Below are positions 9,994 through 18,418 of a stretch of 64,000 nt of DNA, piece by piece. Both the position numbers and the translations under genes were made by a program. This DNA is from an uncultured Clostridia bacterium (GTDB taxonomy: Bacteria > Bacillota > Clostridia > TANB77 > CAG-508). Below the pieces are notes generated by a model. The model was given only the letters and a program-made list of their open reading frames with translations. It ran no database searches and had not been told where the DNA came from. Within the stretch, counting starts at the first letter, position 1. Each line of letters opens with the position of its first letter. The DNA lies in contig CALXPS010000004.1 of NCBI GenBank assembly GCA_944390405.1, positions 8 through 64,007 on the forward strand. The letters run 5' to 3'.

Positions 9994-11223
9994 CTATTTT
10001 TGGCGACGCAAAATCCAATTAGTTTTAGCTTCTACAGGTATATGTAATTTAACTTTTTGTCCTTCTTTTCCTGGATTTACAAAATTAATTTCTTCATTAG
10101 TATCTGCATCCCATAATTTATCTATAGTAAATCTATGTGGTGTCACTTTATTTGGTATTATTAGTTCTAGAACATCTCCTACTTGTAATCTGTTCTTTAT
10201 TTCTATTATACTCTTTTCTTTGTTATATTCCTGCACTTTTCCACCAAATTCATAATTTGGATTATATTGTTTTCCTTCATATTCTTGAAAGTCTTTATTG
10301 TTTTTGTCATTAAAATAAAATGTTGTTAGTCCCCTTGTTTTGGTCTTTTCTAATTCTTTTAGATATTTTGTATAATCATATTTTTCTGGATTTGAAATAT
10401 AATCGTCTATTGCTGCTCTATATGTATTGATGATTGTTGCTAAATAATATTCTGTTTTTAATCTGCCTTCTATTTTTAGGCTATCTACACCCATATCGAT
10501 TATTTCTGGTAATTCTTTTATTAAACACATATCTTTTGAAGATAAAATATATGTTCCCTGCTCATCTTGTTCTACTGGCATCATATTTCCTGGATTATTT
10601 TTTTCTTCTAAATATAGATTATATGCCCACCTACAACTTTGTGCACAATCACCTAAGTTTGCTCCTCTGCTTGCCAAAAAATCACTTAAATGGCATCTTC
10701 CTGAATATGCATAGCAAATAGCCCCATGAATAAACATTTCTATCTCTAATTCTTCTGGTTTGTTTTTCATTATTTCTTTTATTTCTTCTTTGTTTAATTC
10801 TCTAGCTAGTATTATTCTTTTTGCACCATTATTATACCAGAATTTGCTTGTATGGTAACTTACTGTATTTGCTTGTGTACTTATATGTATTGGTAATTCT
10901 GGTGCTACTTTTTTTACTATTTCTACAACTCCACCATCTGATACAATAATTCCATCTGCTTTTAGTTCGTTTAACATTTTTATTTGTTCTATTACATCTT
11001 CATACATATAGTCTCTTGCGTATATATTTAATGGTACATGTACTTTTTTATTTAAGCTATGTGCATATTCTATTATTTTTTTTAGTTCATTATTGTCTAT
11101 TTCTACTCTTGACCTTAATGATAATTTTGATGTTCCACAATATATGGCATCTGCTCCGTATTCAAATGCCACTTTTGCTTTTTCAAATGAACCTGCTGGT
11201 GCTAATAATTCTGGTTTTTTCAT
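9994..11223 (-). CDS. trhP: Peptidase U32 family protein (YrrO/TrhP-like, tRNA 5-hydroxyuridine formation)
   Basis: N-terminus KKPELLAPAGSFEKAKVAFEYGADAIYCG and the Cys cluster region GAICYAYSGRC...CAQSCRW match the YrrO-type U32 family. Same operon as the trmR homolog. Confidence 0.7.
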   Translation of the reverse strand: MKKPELLAPAGSFEKAKVAFEYGADAIYCGTSKLSLRSRVEIDNNELKKIIEYAHSLNKKVHVPLNIYARDYMYEDVIEQIKMLNELKADGIIVSDGGVVEIVKKVAPELPIHISTQANTVSYHTSKFWYNNGAKRIILARELNKEEIKEIMKNKPEELEIEMFIHGAICYAYSGRCHLSDFLASRGANLGDCAQSCRWAYNLYLEEKNNPGNMMPVEQDEQGTYILSSKDMCLIKELPEIIDMGVDSLKIEGRLKTEYYLATIINTYRAAIDDYISNPEKYDYTKYLKELEKTKTRGLTTFYFNDKNNKDFQEYEGKQYNPNYEFGGKVQEYNKEKSIIEIKNRLQVGDVLELIIPNKVTPHRFTIDKLWDADTNEEINFVNPGKEGQKVKLHIPVEAKTNWILRRQK

Positions 11224-11936
11224 CTTTCATCCCTTTCTTCTTTATTTTTTAGTTTTAAAAATGGATATAATGCTTTAACAGTTTCTTGCTTACTTAGTAT
11301 TCTAATTCTATGGTTTTCTACAGTATACATTATTGGCAAATTATGTTCATTAAATTCATTTCTATCATACATTTGTTGAATATCTTCTTTTGTTTCTCCT
11401 TTGTATTCCCAATGGTTTGCTGGTCCTGAAACTGAATTTTCTTTTACTTCAAATGTTTTAAATTGGAATTCTACAACTGGAAATTCTTCATATGGTATGC
11501 CTATATTCCCTAATCCTTCCCAAATTTTTCTTTTTAAGTCCATTGTTTTATGTAGTGCTTCATAGCCGTTTTTCTTATTGTGCCTACGTTCTTTAGTTAC
11601 ACTTAGTACTTGTTGTAATTCTTCTACTATTTTTCTTAATGCCTCTTTGTTTCCTGCTAATACTTCTATTCCAAATACATCATCTAAAGTTTTATTGTTT
11701 ATATCATCATTCTTTAATGCAGATTCTGCTGATTTTATTCTTGCATTTATTTTTACGTATTCTGTAAGTTCACCTTCTTCTTGCAACTTTGTTATGCATT
11801 TATCAACTAATTTTATTATTTCTACAAATCCACGTTTTTGATTTGTTGTATAATCACTATACAATGAATATTTTTCCATTTCATTTGGTGGAGTTTCTCT
11901 TAAACTTAATCTCCATGCACTTTGTTTACTATTCAT
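11220..11936 (-). CDS. RelA/SpoT-domain nucleotidyltransferase (small alarmone synthetase-like)
   Basis: Motifs ARIKSAESALKN, LDDVFGIEV, NGYEALH, VEFQFKT (in place of EIQIRT) and NHWEYKG. ATGA overlap with the downstream U32 gene; start lies 15 nt after the trmR stop. Confidence 0.55.
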   Translation of the reverse strand: MNSKQSAWRLSLRETPPNEMEKYSLYSDYTTNQKRGFVEIIKLVDKCITKLQEEGELTEYVKINARIKSAESALKNDDINNKTLDDVFGIEVLAGNKEALRKIVEELQQVLSVTKERRHNKKNGYEALHKTMDLKRKIWEGLGNIGIPYEEFPVVEFQFKTFEVKENSVSGPANHWEYKGETKEDIQQMYDRNEFNEHNLPIMYTVENHRIRILSKQETVKALYPFLKLKNKEERDER

Positions 11937-11951
11937 ATTTATCACCACTTT

Positions 11952-12566
11952 TTATATTTTTTTACTAATAGCAATTCCATCTCCAATATTTAAGATTTCT
12001 GTTTGCAAATTTTCATTTTCTTCAAGCTTTTTTAAAAATTCTCTCAGTCCGCGTACTGCCGTTCTTTGTTTATGTTTATTATAATCGCTCATTACATAAC
12101 CTTTGTATAAAACATTGTCTGCTATTATTATACCATTATTTTCCAACATTCGCAAAGCTTGTTCCAAAAATATTGGGTATTTTCCTTTAGCTGCATCAAT
12201 AAATACTATATCATATGGTCCTTTCATAGTTGGTAATATTTCTAAAGCATCTCCTATAAATACATGTATTTGTTCTTCTAAATTTAATTCTTTTATATTT
12301 TTAATAGCTTCTTTTGCCTTTTCTTCGTCTCTCTCAATAGTATCAATTATTCCATCATTTTGCAAATATTCTGAAAACCTTATTGCTGAATACCCAATTG
12401 CTGTCCCTATCTCAAGAATTCTTTTTGGTTTTGCTTGTTCTAATATTTTAGCTACTACTTCTAATGTATCATCCATTATTATTGGTATATGTTCTTTTAT
12501 TGCTTTTTCTTTTATTGCTCCAATTTTAGTATTTTCCATCTGTAATACCCATCCTTCCTTAGTCAT
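11952..12566 (-). CDS. trmR: SAM-dependent O-methyltransferase, YrrM/TrmR-like (tRNA mo5U34)
   Basis: ILEIGTAIGYSAIR, IHVFIGDALE, YDIVFIDAAKGKY, DNVLYKG and GDGIAISKK closely follow B. subtilis YrrM as I recall it. Confidence 0.7.
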   Translation of the reverse strand: MTKEGWVLQMENTKIGAIKEKAIKEHIPIIMDDTLEVVAKILEQAKPKRILEIGTAIGYSAIRFSEYLQNDGIIDTIERDEEKAKEAIKNIKELNLEEQIHVFIGDALEILPTMKGPYDIVFIDAAKGKYPIFLEQALRMLENNGIIIADNVLYKGYVMSDYNKHKQRTAVRGLREFLKKLEENENLQTEILNIGDGIAISKKI

Positions 12567-12625
12567 GCTCTTTTTTACATATTTAATTATACTATATAAT
12601 TACATTTTTTTAAAGCTGTATTAAA

Positions 12626-12688
12626 ATAAATCTTCTATATAATGTTTCAACTATAAAATAGTTGGAAATTATTATATAGAAGATTTAT
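12626..12688. terminator. Long stem-loop downstream of the sigma-fusion gene
   Basis: 18-bp arms ATAAATCTTCTATATAAT / ATTATATAGAAGATTTAT with an inner CAACTA/TAGTTG stem. Confidence 0.5.
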
Positions 12689-12707
12689 GTTTTGGATGTA
12701 TTATTAC

Positions 12708-14309
12708 CTATTCTTTTACCAATACATCTGTATTATCTACAAGTAAAGCAAAATATGGTTTTTCTTTGCTTTCTTCTTTTAAAAACAATACAAAATTATC
12801 TGTAAAGTTGAAATATCTAGGTTCTTCAAGAGAAGAAGACATGTATATATCTATATAAGCTTCGCTTTTTATATTTCCTCCATAATTATCTAAAGAAAAG
12901 TCGACATTTTGCATTGCATATTTTATATATGCACCATTTGCATTTTTAATTGTTTTATTACATAGTTCATCATAATTTATAACTGCTTTAACTTTAATAA
13001 ATGGTACTTTTAGTTCGTCTTGTTCCCTTATCATAGTTGTTCGTCCATTATATGAATTTGTTTTTTGTTCTAATTCTAAGTAAGTATTTTCAAAATCTGT
13101 TACATTATCTGTTCTATATAAAATAACTTCTTCTCCTTCTAGTGTTGCTATTTTTACTGCAAAATCATTGTCTGAATTATAGAATAGTACTGTTACTTGC
13201 TCAAATGTTTCTTCTAATGTTGTAGCATCTAATCCAAAATATTTTACTTTTACTTCCGAATTTCCGAAATTATCACTATTTTTTTCTATAAAAGGAGTTT
13301 CAAATGTAAAGTTCTTATTTAACATAGAATAGATTAAATATTCATTTGTTGCTTTCCAATCAATATTATTTAAAAATTCACTTTTTGTATTAAATTTGTT
13401 TTTTATATCAGTGTCTATTTGTTCTTTTAATTCTGGAGATATCTGACCTTGTGCGATATAATAAGAATTTTCATTTAGCATGTCTTTAGTAAAACTTTGC
13501 TTATTTAAATCTTCTGCTAGCTGTGAAGCTCCTTCTTCAAATTCTATCGGATTTCCTAAGCTTTCCATAAGTTCATTCCAAGCAATTTGAAAAGTTCCAA
13601 CCCAAACTTTGTTTTCATTAATATTTCCAACAGAACCTGCAAAACTTGCATTAAGTTTTGCATTATTTTTCATGTTTTTTATTACAATAGTTGCACATAC
13701 AATTCCTGAAGTAATAACTCCAACAATTAAGATTATTGATAATAATCTAATAAATTTATTATTTTTCATTTCTATCATTTTTTCATTTATTAATAATTTT
13801 TTCAAACTTTTCTTAGCATTATATGCTAAGTTTTTTACTTGTTTTTCTGTTTTATTTAGAATTTGTGCTGTTTCTTTATATGTAAGTCCTTCTATTTGTG
13901 TTAGATATATCACAATTTGATAATTTGTTTTTAACTTTTTTATAACTTTTTTTAGTTTGCTTTTTCGTTCATTTGAAAAAATAATCTCTAATAATTTATC
14001 TTCAGAAACATCATCAGAAATATTTGATAAATCAATAAACTGCATTTCATGTTTTTTTATATAATTTAATGCTTTTGATTTTGCTATAATATATAAATAT
14101 GTTTTAAAAGAATAGTTAAACTTATAGTTTTCTTTGTTTTCCAAGATATATAATATAACATCTTGAAATATATCTTCTGCAATATCTACGTTTTTTACAT
14201 ATCTACTAATAAAGTAAATAACATTGTTTTTATATTTGCTAATTAAAAGGTCTAATGCACTTTTTTCTCCATTTAAAAATTTATTATATAATTTCTTATC
14301 CTCTTCCAT
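12708..14309 (-). CDS. ECF-type sigma-70 factor fused to a TM helix and about 320-aa extracytoplasmic domain
   Basis: Region 2 (AEDIFQDVILYILEN...YLYIIAKSKALNYIKK) and region 4 (YQIVIYLTQIEGLTYKETAQILNKTEKQVKNLAYNAKKSLKK), then TM LLSIILIVGVITSGIVCATIVI, then a large C-terminal domain. Its last roughly 60 aa (..GGNIKSEAY...PRYFNFTDNFVLFLKEE...PYFALLVDN) loosely resemble a serpin C-terminus. Confidence 0.7.
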   Translation of the reverse strand: MEEDKKLYNKFLNGEKSALDLLISKYKNNVIYFISRYVKNVDIAEDIFQDVILYILENKENYKFNYSFKTYLYIIAKSKALNYIKKHEMQFIDLSNISDDVSEDKLLEIIFSNERKSKLKKVIKKLKTNYQIVIYLTQIEGLTYKETAQILNKTEKQVKNLAYNAKKSLKKLLINEKMIEMKNNKFIRLLSIILIVGVITSGIVCATIVIKNMKNNAKLNASFAGSVGNINENKVWVGTFQIAWNELMESLGNPIEFEEGASQLAEDLNKQSFTKDMLNENSYYIAQGQISPELKEQIDTDIKNKFNTKSEFLNNIDWKATNEYLIYSMLNKNFTFETPFIEKNSDNFGNSEVKVKYFGLDATTLEETFEQVTVLFYNSDNDFAVKIATLEGEEVILYRTDNVTDFENTYLELEQKTNSYNGRTTMIREQDELKVPFIKVKAVINYDELCNKTIKNANGAYIKYAMQNVDFSLDNYGGNIKSEAYIDIYMSSSLEEPRYFNFTDNFVLFLKEESKEKPYFALLVDNTDVLVKE

Positions 14310-14456
14310 ATTTTATCCCCCTATATATAATACAATTTTATAATAAAAAAGTCTAATTTTTTTGGATATTTTTAAAATAATATTAATATATATAAAAATA
14401 AGAAGCAAGTTCTAAATAATTTATAACTTACTTCTTAAAAGTTGTTTTCTTAAATA

Positions 14457-16280
14457 TTACGTTGTTTTCTTAGCTCTTGCTGCTAGTCTTTCTCTTGTTT
14501 TTGTGTCTAATATTTTCTTTCTTAGTCTTATATTTTTTGGTGTTATTTCTACAAGTTCATCATCTTCTATAAATTCTATTGCTTTTTCTAATGACATTTG
14601 TATTGGTGGTACTAGTCTTAATGCATCGTCTGAACCTGAGGCTCTTGTGTTTGTTAGGTGTTTTTCTTTACATACATTTATTGCAATGTCTTCATTTCTT
14701 GCATTTAATCCTACTATCATTCCTTCATATACTTCTACACCTGCACCTATAAATAATTCTCCTCTTTCTTGTGCATTATATAGTCCGTATGTTACTGATG
14801 TTCCTGGTTCAAATGCAACTAGGACTCCCCTTGTACGAGATTGAACTTCTCCTTTATATGGTTCATATGAATCGAAAATGCTGTTCATTGTTCCTGAACC
14901 TTTTGTGTCTGTTAGGAATTCTGTTCTATATCCTATTAATCCTCTTGCTGGTATTTTAAATTCTATTTTTGTATGGCCACCTTCTGCTGGTTCCATATTT
15001 ACCATTTCTGCTTTTCTTCTACCTAGTTTTTCAATAACTGTTCCTATTGATTCATCTGGTACATTTACTACTAATCTTTCAATTGGTTCGCATTTTACTC
15101 CATCTATTTCTTTTATTATAACTTTTGGTCTTGAAACTAGTAGTTCAAATCCTTCTCTTCTCATTGTCTCTATTAAAACTGATAAATGTAGTTCTCCACG
15201 TCCACATACTTCAAAACTATCTGCTGAATCTGTTTCTCTTACTCTTAAGCTTACATTTCTTTCTAGCTCTTTGAATAGTCTATCTCTAATGTGTCTTGAT
15301 GTTACAAATTCTCCTTCTCTTCCTGCTAAAGGTCCATTGTTTACAGAAAATGTCATTGATACTGTTGGTTCATCTATGTCCACAAATGGAATTTTTTCAG
15401 GGTTGTTTACATCACATATTGTGTCTCCTATGTTTATATCTGCTATTCCTGATATTTCCACTATATCTCCAGCTTCTGCTTCTGGTACTTCTATCTTTTT
15501 TAGTCCCCTATATGTGAATAGTTTTGCAATCTTGCCTTGAATTGTTTTATCATTTTTACATACCGCAACTGTCATTCCTGATTTTATTGTTCCTCTTTCA
15601 ATTCTTCCTATTGCTAGTCTTCCTAGATAATCATCATAATCAATGTTTGATACTAGCATTTGGCTGGTTCCTTCTATTTCACATTTTGGTGGTTTTATTG
15701 TATTTACTATTGTTTCAAATATGCATTGAACATTATCTGATTCTTCATTTAAATTCATTTTTGCTATTCCATTTTTTGCTGAAGCATATATTACTGGAAA
15801 GTCTAGTTGATCATCATTTGCATTTAATTCTATAAATAATTCTAATACTTCATCTAATACTTTTTCTGGATTTGCTCCTGGTCTATCTATTTTATTAATT
15901 ACTACTATTGGTTTTAAATTTAATGATAATGATTTTTTTAGAACTTCTCTTGTTTGAGGCATAGCTCCCTCAAAAGCATCTACTAGTAGTAATACTCCAT
16001 CTACCATTTTTAAAACTCTTTCTACTTCTCCACCAAAATCAGCATGCCCTGGTGTATCTACAATATTAATTTTTATATCTTTATACATTACTGATGTATT
16101 TTTAGCAAGTATTGTTATTCCTCTTTCTTTTTCTAGTTCGTTGGAATCCATTACTCTTTCAGCTACTTGTTCATTTGTTCTGAAAGTTCCACTTTGTTTT
16201 AATAAGCTATCTACTAAAGTGGTTTTTCCATGGTCAACGTGTGCAATTATTGCTACATTTCTTATTTTTTCATTATACAT
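14457..16280 (-). CDS. typA: Translational GTPase TypA/BipA
   Basis: IRNVAIIAHVDHGKTTLVD, DTPGHADF, NKIDR; 607 aa. Confidence 0.95.
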   Translation of the reverse strand: MYNEKIRNVAIIAHVDHGKTTLVDSLLKQSGTFRTNEQVAERVMDSNELEKERGITILAKNTSVMYKDIKINIVDTPGHADFGGEVERVLKMVDGVLLLVDAFEGAMPQTREVLKKSLSLNLKPIVVINKIDRPGANPEKVLDEVLELFIELNANDDQLDFPVIYASAKNGIAKMNLNEESDNVQCIFETIVNTIKPPKCEIEGTSQMLVSNIDYDDYLGRLAIGRIERGTIKSGMTVAVCKNDKTIQGKIAKLFTYRGLKKIEVPEAEAGDIVEISGIADINIGDTICDVNNPEKIPFVDIDEPTVSMTFSVNNGPLAGREGEFVTSRHIRDRLFKELERNVSLRVRETDSADSFEVCGRGELHLSVLIETMRREGFELLVSRPKVIIKEIDGVKCEPIERLVVNVPDESIGTVIEKLGRRKAEMVNMEPAEGGHTKIEFKIPARGLIGYRTEFLTDTKGSGTMNSIFDSYEPYKGEVQSRTRGVLVAFEPGTSVTYGLYNAQERGELFIGAGVEVYEGMIVGLNARNEDIAINVCKEKHLTNTRASGSDDALRLVPPIQMSLEKAIEFIEDDELVEITPKNIRLRKKILDTKTRERLAARAKKTT

Positions 16281-16329
16281 TGTTCTTTGTCCTTTCTTTT
16301 AATATAGATAAACTTTGAATTTCATGCAT

Positions 16330-16424
16330 TAAGGCAGGACTCTGCCTGCCTTAATACGGAAGTCGGATGTTGGAAATCGGAGGTCGGACTTCTGACCTCC
16401 GACCTCTGACCTCTAATTTCCGTC
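16330..16424. other. GC-rich structured intergenic element (two stem-loops, alternative pairings)
   Basis: TTAAGGCAGG-ACTCTG-CCTGCCTTAA hairpin followed by GGAAAT/CGGAGGTC...GACCTCCG/ATTTCC nested stems with repeated GACCTC(C/T)GA units. Far more GC-rich than its surroundings, and neither strand has a convincing U-tract. Confidence 0.5.
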
Positions 16425-17303
16425 TTATTTTATCTGTTTTGCAACTTCTTCAGCAAAGTTTTCTTCTCTTTTTTGTAAACCTTCTCCTTTTTCAAATCTT
16501 ACAAATCGTTTTATTTCAGCTCCGTTTTGATTTAACAAATCTTGAACTTTTATATCTGGATTTTTAACAAAAGCTTGGTCTACTAAACAAATTTCTCCAT
16601 AGAATTTTCCAATTCTTCCTTTTACCATTTTTTCTGCTATTTCTGCTGGTTTTCCTTCATTCATAGCTTGTGCTTTTAATATTTCCATTTCGTGATTTAC
16701 AACTTCTGCTGGAACTTCTTCTTTATTTAAATATTCTGGTCTTGCTGCTGCAATTTGCATACATACATCTCTCGCAACTTCTGATGTTCCTTTTGCAAAT
16801 TCAACCATAACACCTATTTTTCCATCACCATGTGTATATGTTTCAATCAATCCATCTGTTTCAAATCTAGCAAATCTTCTTATTGTCATATTTTCACCGA
16901 TTGTCGCTATTTTATCTGTTAATATATCTTTTATTGTTTTACTTTCATCTTTAAATGATTTTTGTTCTAGTAGTTCTTCTACTGTTGCTGGTTTTTTTAC
17001 TGCTATATGCTCTGCTGTTTCTGTTACAAATTTTCTAAAATCTTCGTTTTTAGCAACGAAATCTGTTTCTGCATTAACTTCTAATACTACTCCTAGTTTT
17101 TTGTCTTCTGCTAAATAGCAGTATACTAAACCTTCTGCTGCAATTCTATCAGATTTTTTTGCAGCTTTTGTTATTCCTCTTTCTCTTAGAAGTTCTGCTG
17201 CTTTTTCCATATCCCCATCTGTTTCTGTTAAAACTTTTTTGCAGTCCATCATACCTGCACCTGTTTTTTCTCTTAACTCTTTAACTAAACTTGCTGTAAT
17301 CAT
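16425..17303 (-). CDS. tsf: Elongation factor Ts
   Basis: MITASLVKELREKTGAGMMDCKK start with an AAAGGAGG RBS. The longer track ORF N-terminus is translated hairpin sequence. Confidence 0.95.
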   Translation of the reverse strand: MITASLVKELREKTGAGMMDCKKVLTETDGDMEKAAELLRERGITKAAKKSDRIAAEGLVYCYLAEDKKLGVVLEVNAETDFVAKNEDFRKFVTETAEHIAVKKPATVEELLEQKSFKDESKTIKDILTDKIATIGENMTIRRFARFETDGLIETYTHGDGKIGVMVEFAKGTSEVARDVCMQIAAARPEYLNKEEVPAEVVNHEMEILKAQAMNEGKPAEIAEKMVKGRIGKFYGEICLVDQAFVKNPDIKVQDLLNQNGAEIKRFVRFEKGEGLQKREENFAEEVAKQIK

Positions 17304-17382
17304 GAGTGTTTCCTCCTTTATTTTATATGGACGAGCACTGCTCGCCCCTACATTACATATCATTTTTTTGAATAAAGCTTAT

Positions 17383-18162
17383 TTATTCTTCGCTTTCTGC
17401 AACAACTTCTTCAATACTTTGTGGTTCTTCAGTTGTAGCTTCTGGTTGTGCTTCTTGTTCTGATGCTGTTTCTAATATTTCTCCTTGTTTTCCTTCAATA
17501 ACTGCATTTGCCATTACATCTGTAATTAATTTTACTGCACGGATTGCGTCATCATTTCCTGGAATTGGATAATCAACATCAACTGGGCTACAGTTTGTAT
17601 CTACTAGTCCTATAACTGGTATTCCCAATTTTTTAGCTTCTAATACTGCTATTCTTTCATTTTTTGGGTCAACTACAAAAATCGCACCTGGTAGTTTTGT
17701 CATTTCTTTTATTCCACCTAAGTTTTTTTCTAATTTTTCCATTTCATTTTTTAATGCTGCTACTTCTTTTTTAGGTAAAACATCAAATGTTCCATCTTCT
17801 TGCATTGCTTCTAATTTTTTTAATCTTTCAATTCTTGCTCTAATTGTTTTAAAGTTTGTAAGCATTCCACCTAACCATCTTTGGTCAACATAGAACATTC
17901 CACTTTTTTCAGCGGCTTCTTTAACACATTCTTGTGCCTGTTTTTTTGTTCCTACAAATAGTATGTCTTTTCCTTCTTCTGAAAGTTCTTTAACGAATGC
18001 ATATGCCTCGTCAATTTTTTTAGATGTTTTTTGTAAATCGATTATGTGGATACCATTTCTAGCTTGATAAATGTATTCAGCCATTTTAGGATCCCATCTT
18101 TTTGTTTGGTGTCCAAAGTGTACACCTGCTTCAAGTAATTGTTTCATTGCAACTACTGCCAT
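17383..18162 (-). CDS. rpsB: 30S ribosomal protein S2
   Basis: [22 protein letters not shown] and the rest of the conserved S2 sequence. Confidence 0.95.
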   Translation of the reverse strand: MAVVAMKQLLEAGVHFGHQTKRWDPKMAEYIYQARNGIHIIDLQKTSKKIDEAYAFVKELSEEGKDILFVGTKKQAQECVKEAAEKSGMFYVDQRWLGGMLTNFKTIRARIERLKKLEAMQEDGTFDVLPKKEVAALKNEMEKLEKNLGGIKEMTKLPGAIFVVDPKNERIAVLEAKKLGIPVIGLVDTNCSPVDVDYPIPGNDDAIRAVKLITDVMANAVIEGKQGEILETASEQEAQPEATTEEPQSIEEVVAESEE

Positions 18163-18274
18163 TTTTCATTCCTCCTTGTTATTTTCCTCCGCAAAATCTC
18201 TTTGCATTTAAGAACACTTAATATCTAAGCACAATCTTAAACTAAACCTTGCGTGCGTATTTTTCAACTTAAAT

Positions 18275-18303
18275 ATTATACCAAAGCTTAAAAACAAAGT
18301 CAA
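18275..18303 (-). promoter_or_regulatory. SigA-type promoter of rpsB-tsf
   Basis: Minus strand reads TTGACT (18303-18298), a 17-nt spacer, then TATAAT (18280-18275), about 110 nt upstream of the rpsB start. Confidence 0.55.
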
Positions 18304-18418
18304 TACTTTTAGAACGAAAATTTTTCAAATAAAAGTTTTAATTATTTTACGTTCATATTCCGTATATCTTTTTCTTGAATATTGCCATTCAAATTTTTTA
18401 TTGATAATAATTTATGTT

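Noticed and set aside
14878-15540. 220-aa plus-strand ORF inside typA. Similar long antisense ORFs occur at 12103-12624, 37664-38272, 41890-42429, 44366-44935, 45687-46202, 33145-33525, 33957-34355 and 55479-55913.
   Set aside because: All lie opposite well-supported minus-strand genes, have Ser/Phe/Ile/Leu-rich low-complexity products and show no start signals. Treated as shadow ORFs.
16425-17363. Extended 312-aa version of tsf starting MICNVGASSARPYKIKEETL
   Set aside because: The extra 20 codons translate the GC-rich intercistronic hairpin. The canonical EF-Ts start MITASLVKELR at 17303 has a perfect AAAGGAGG RBS.
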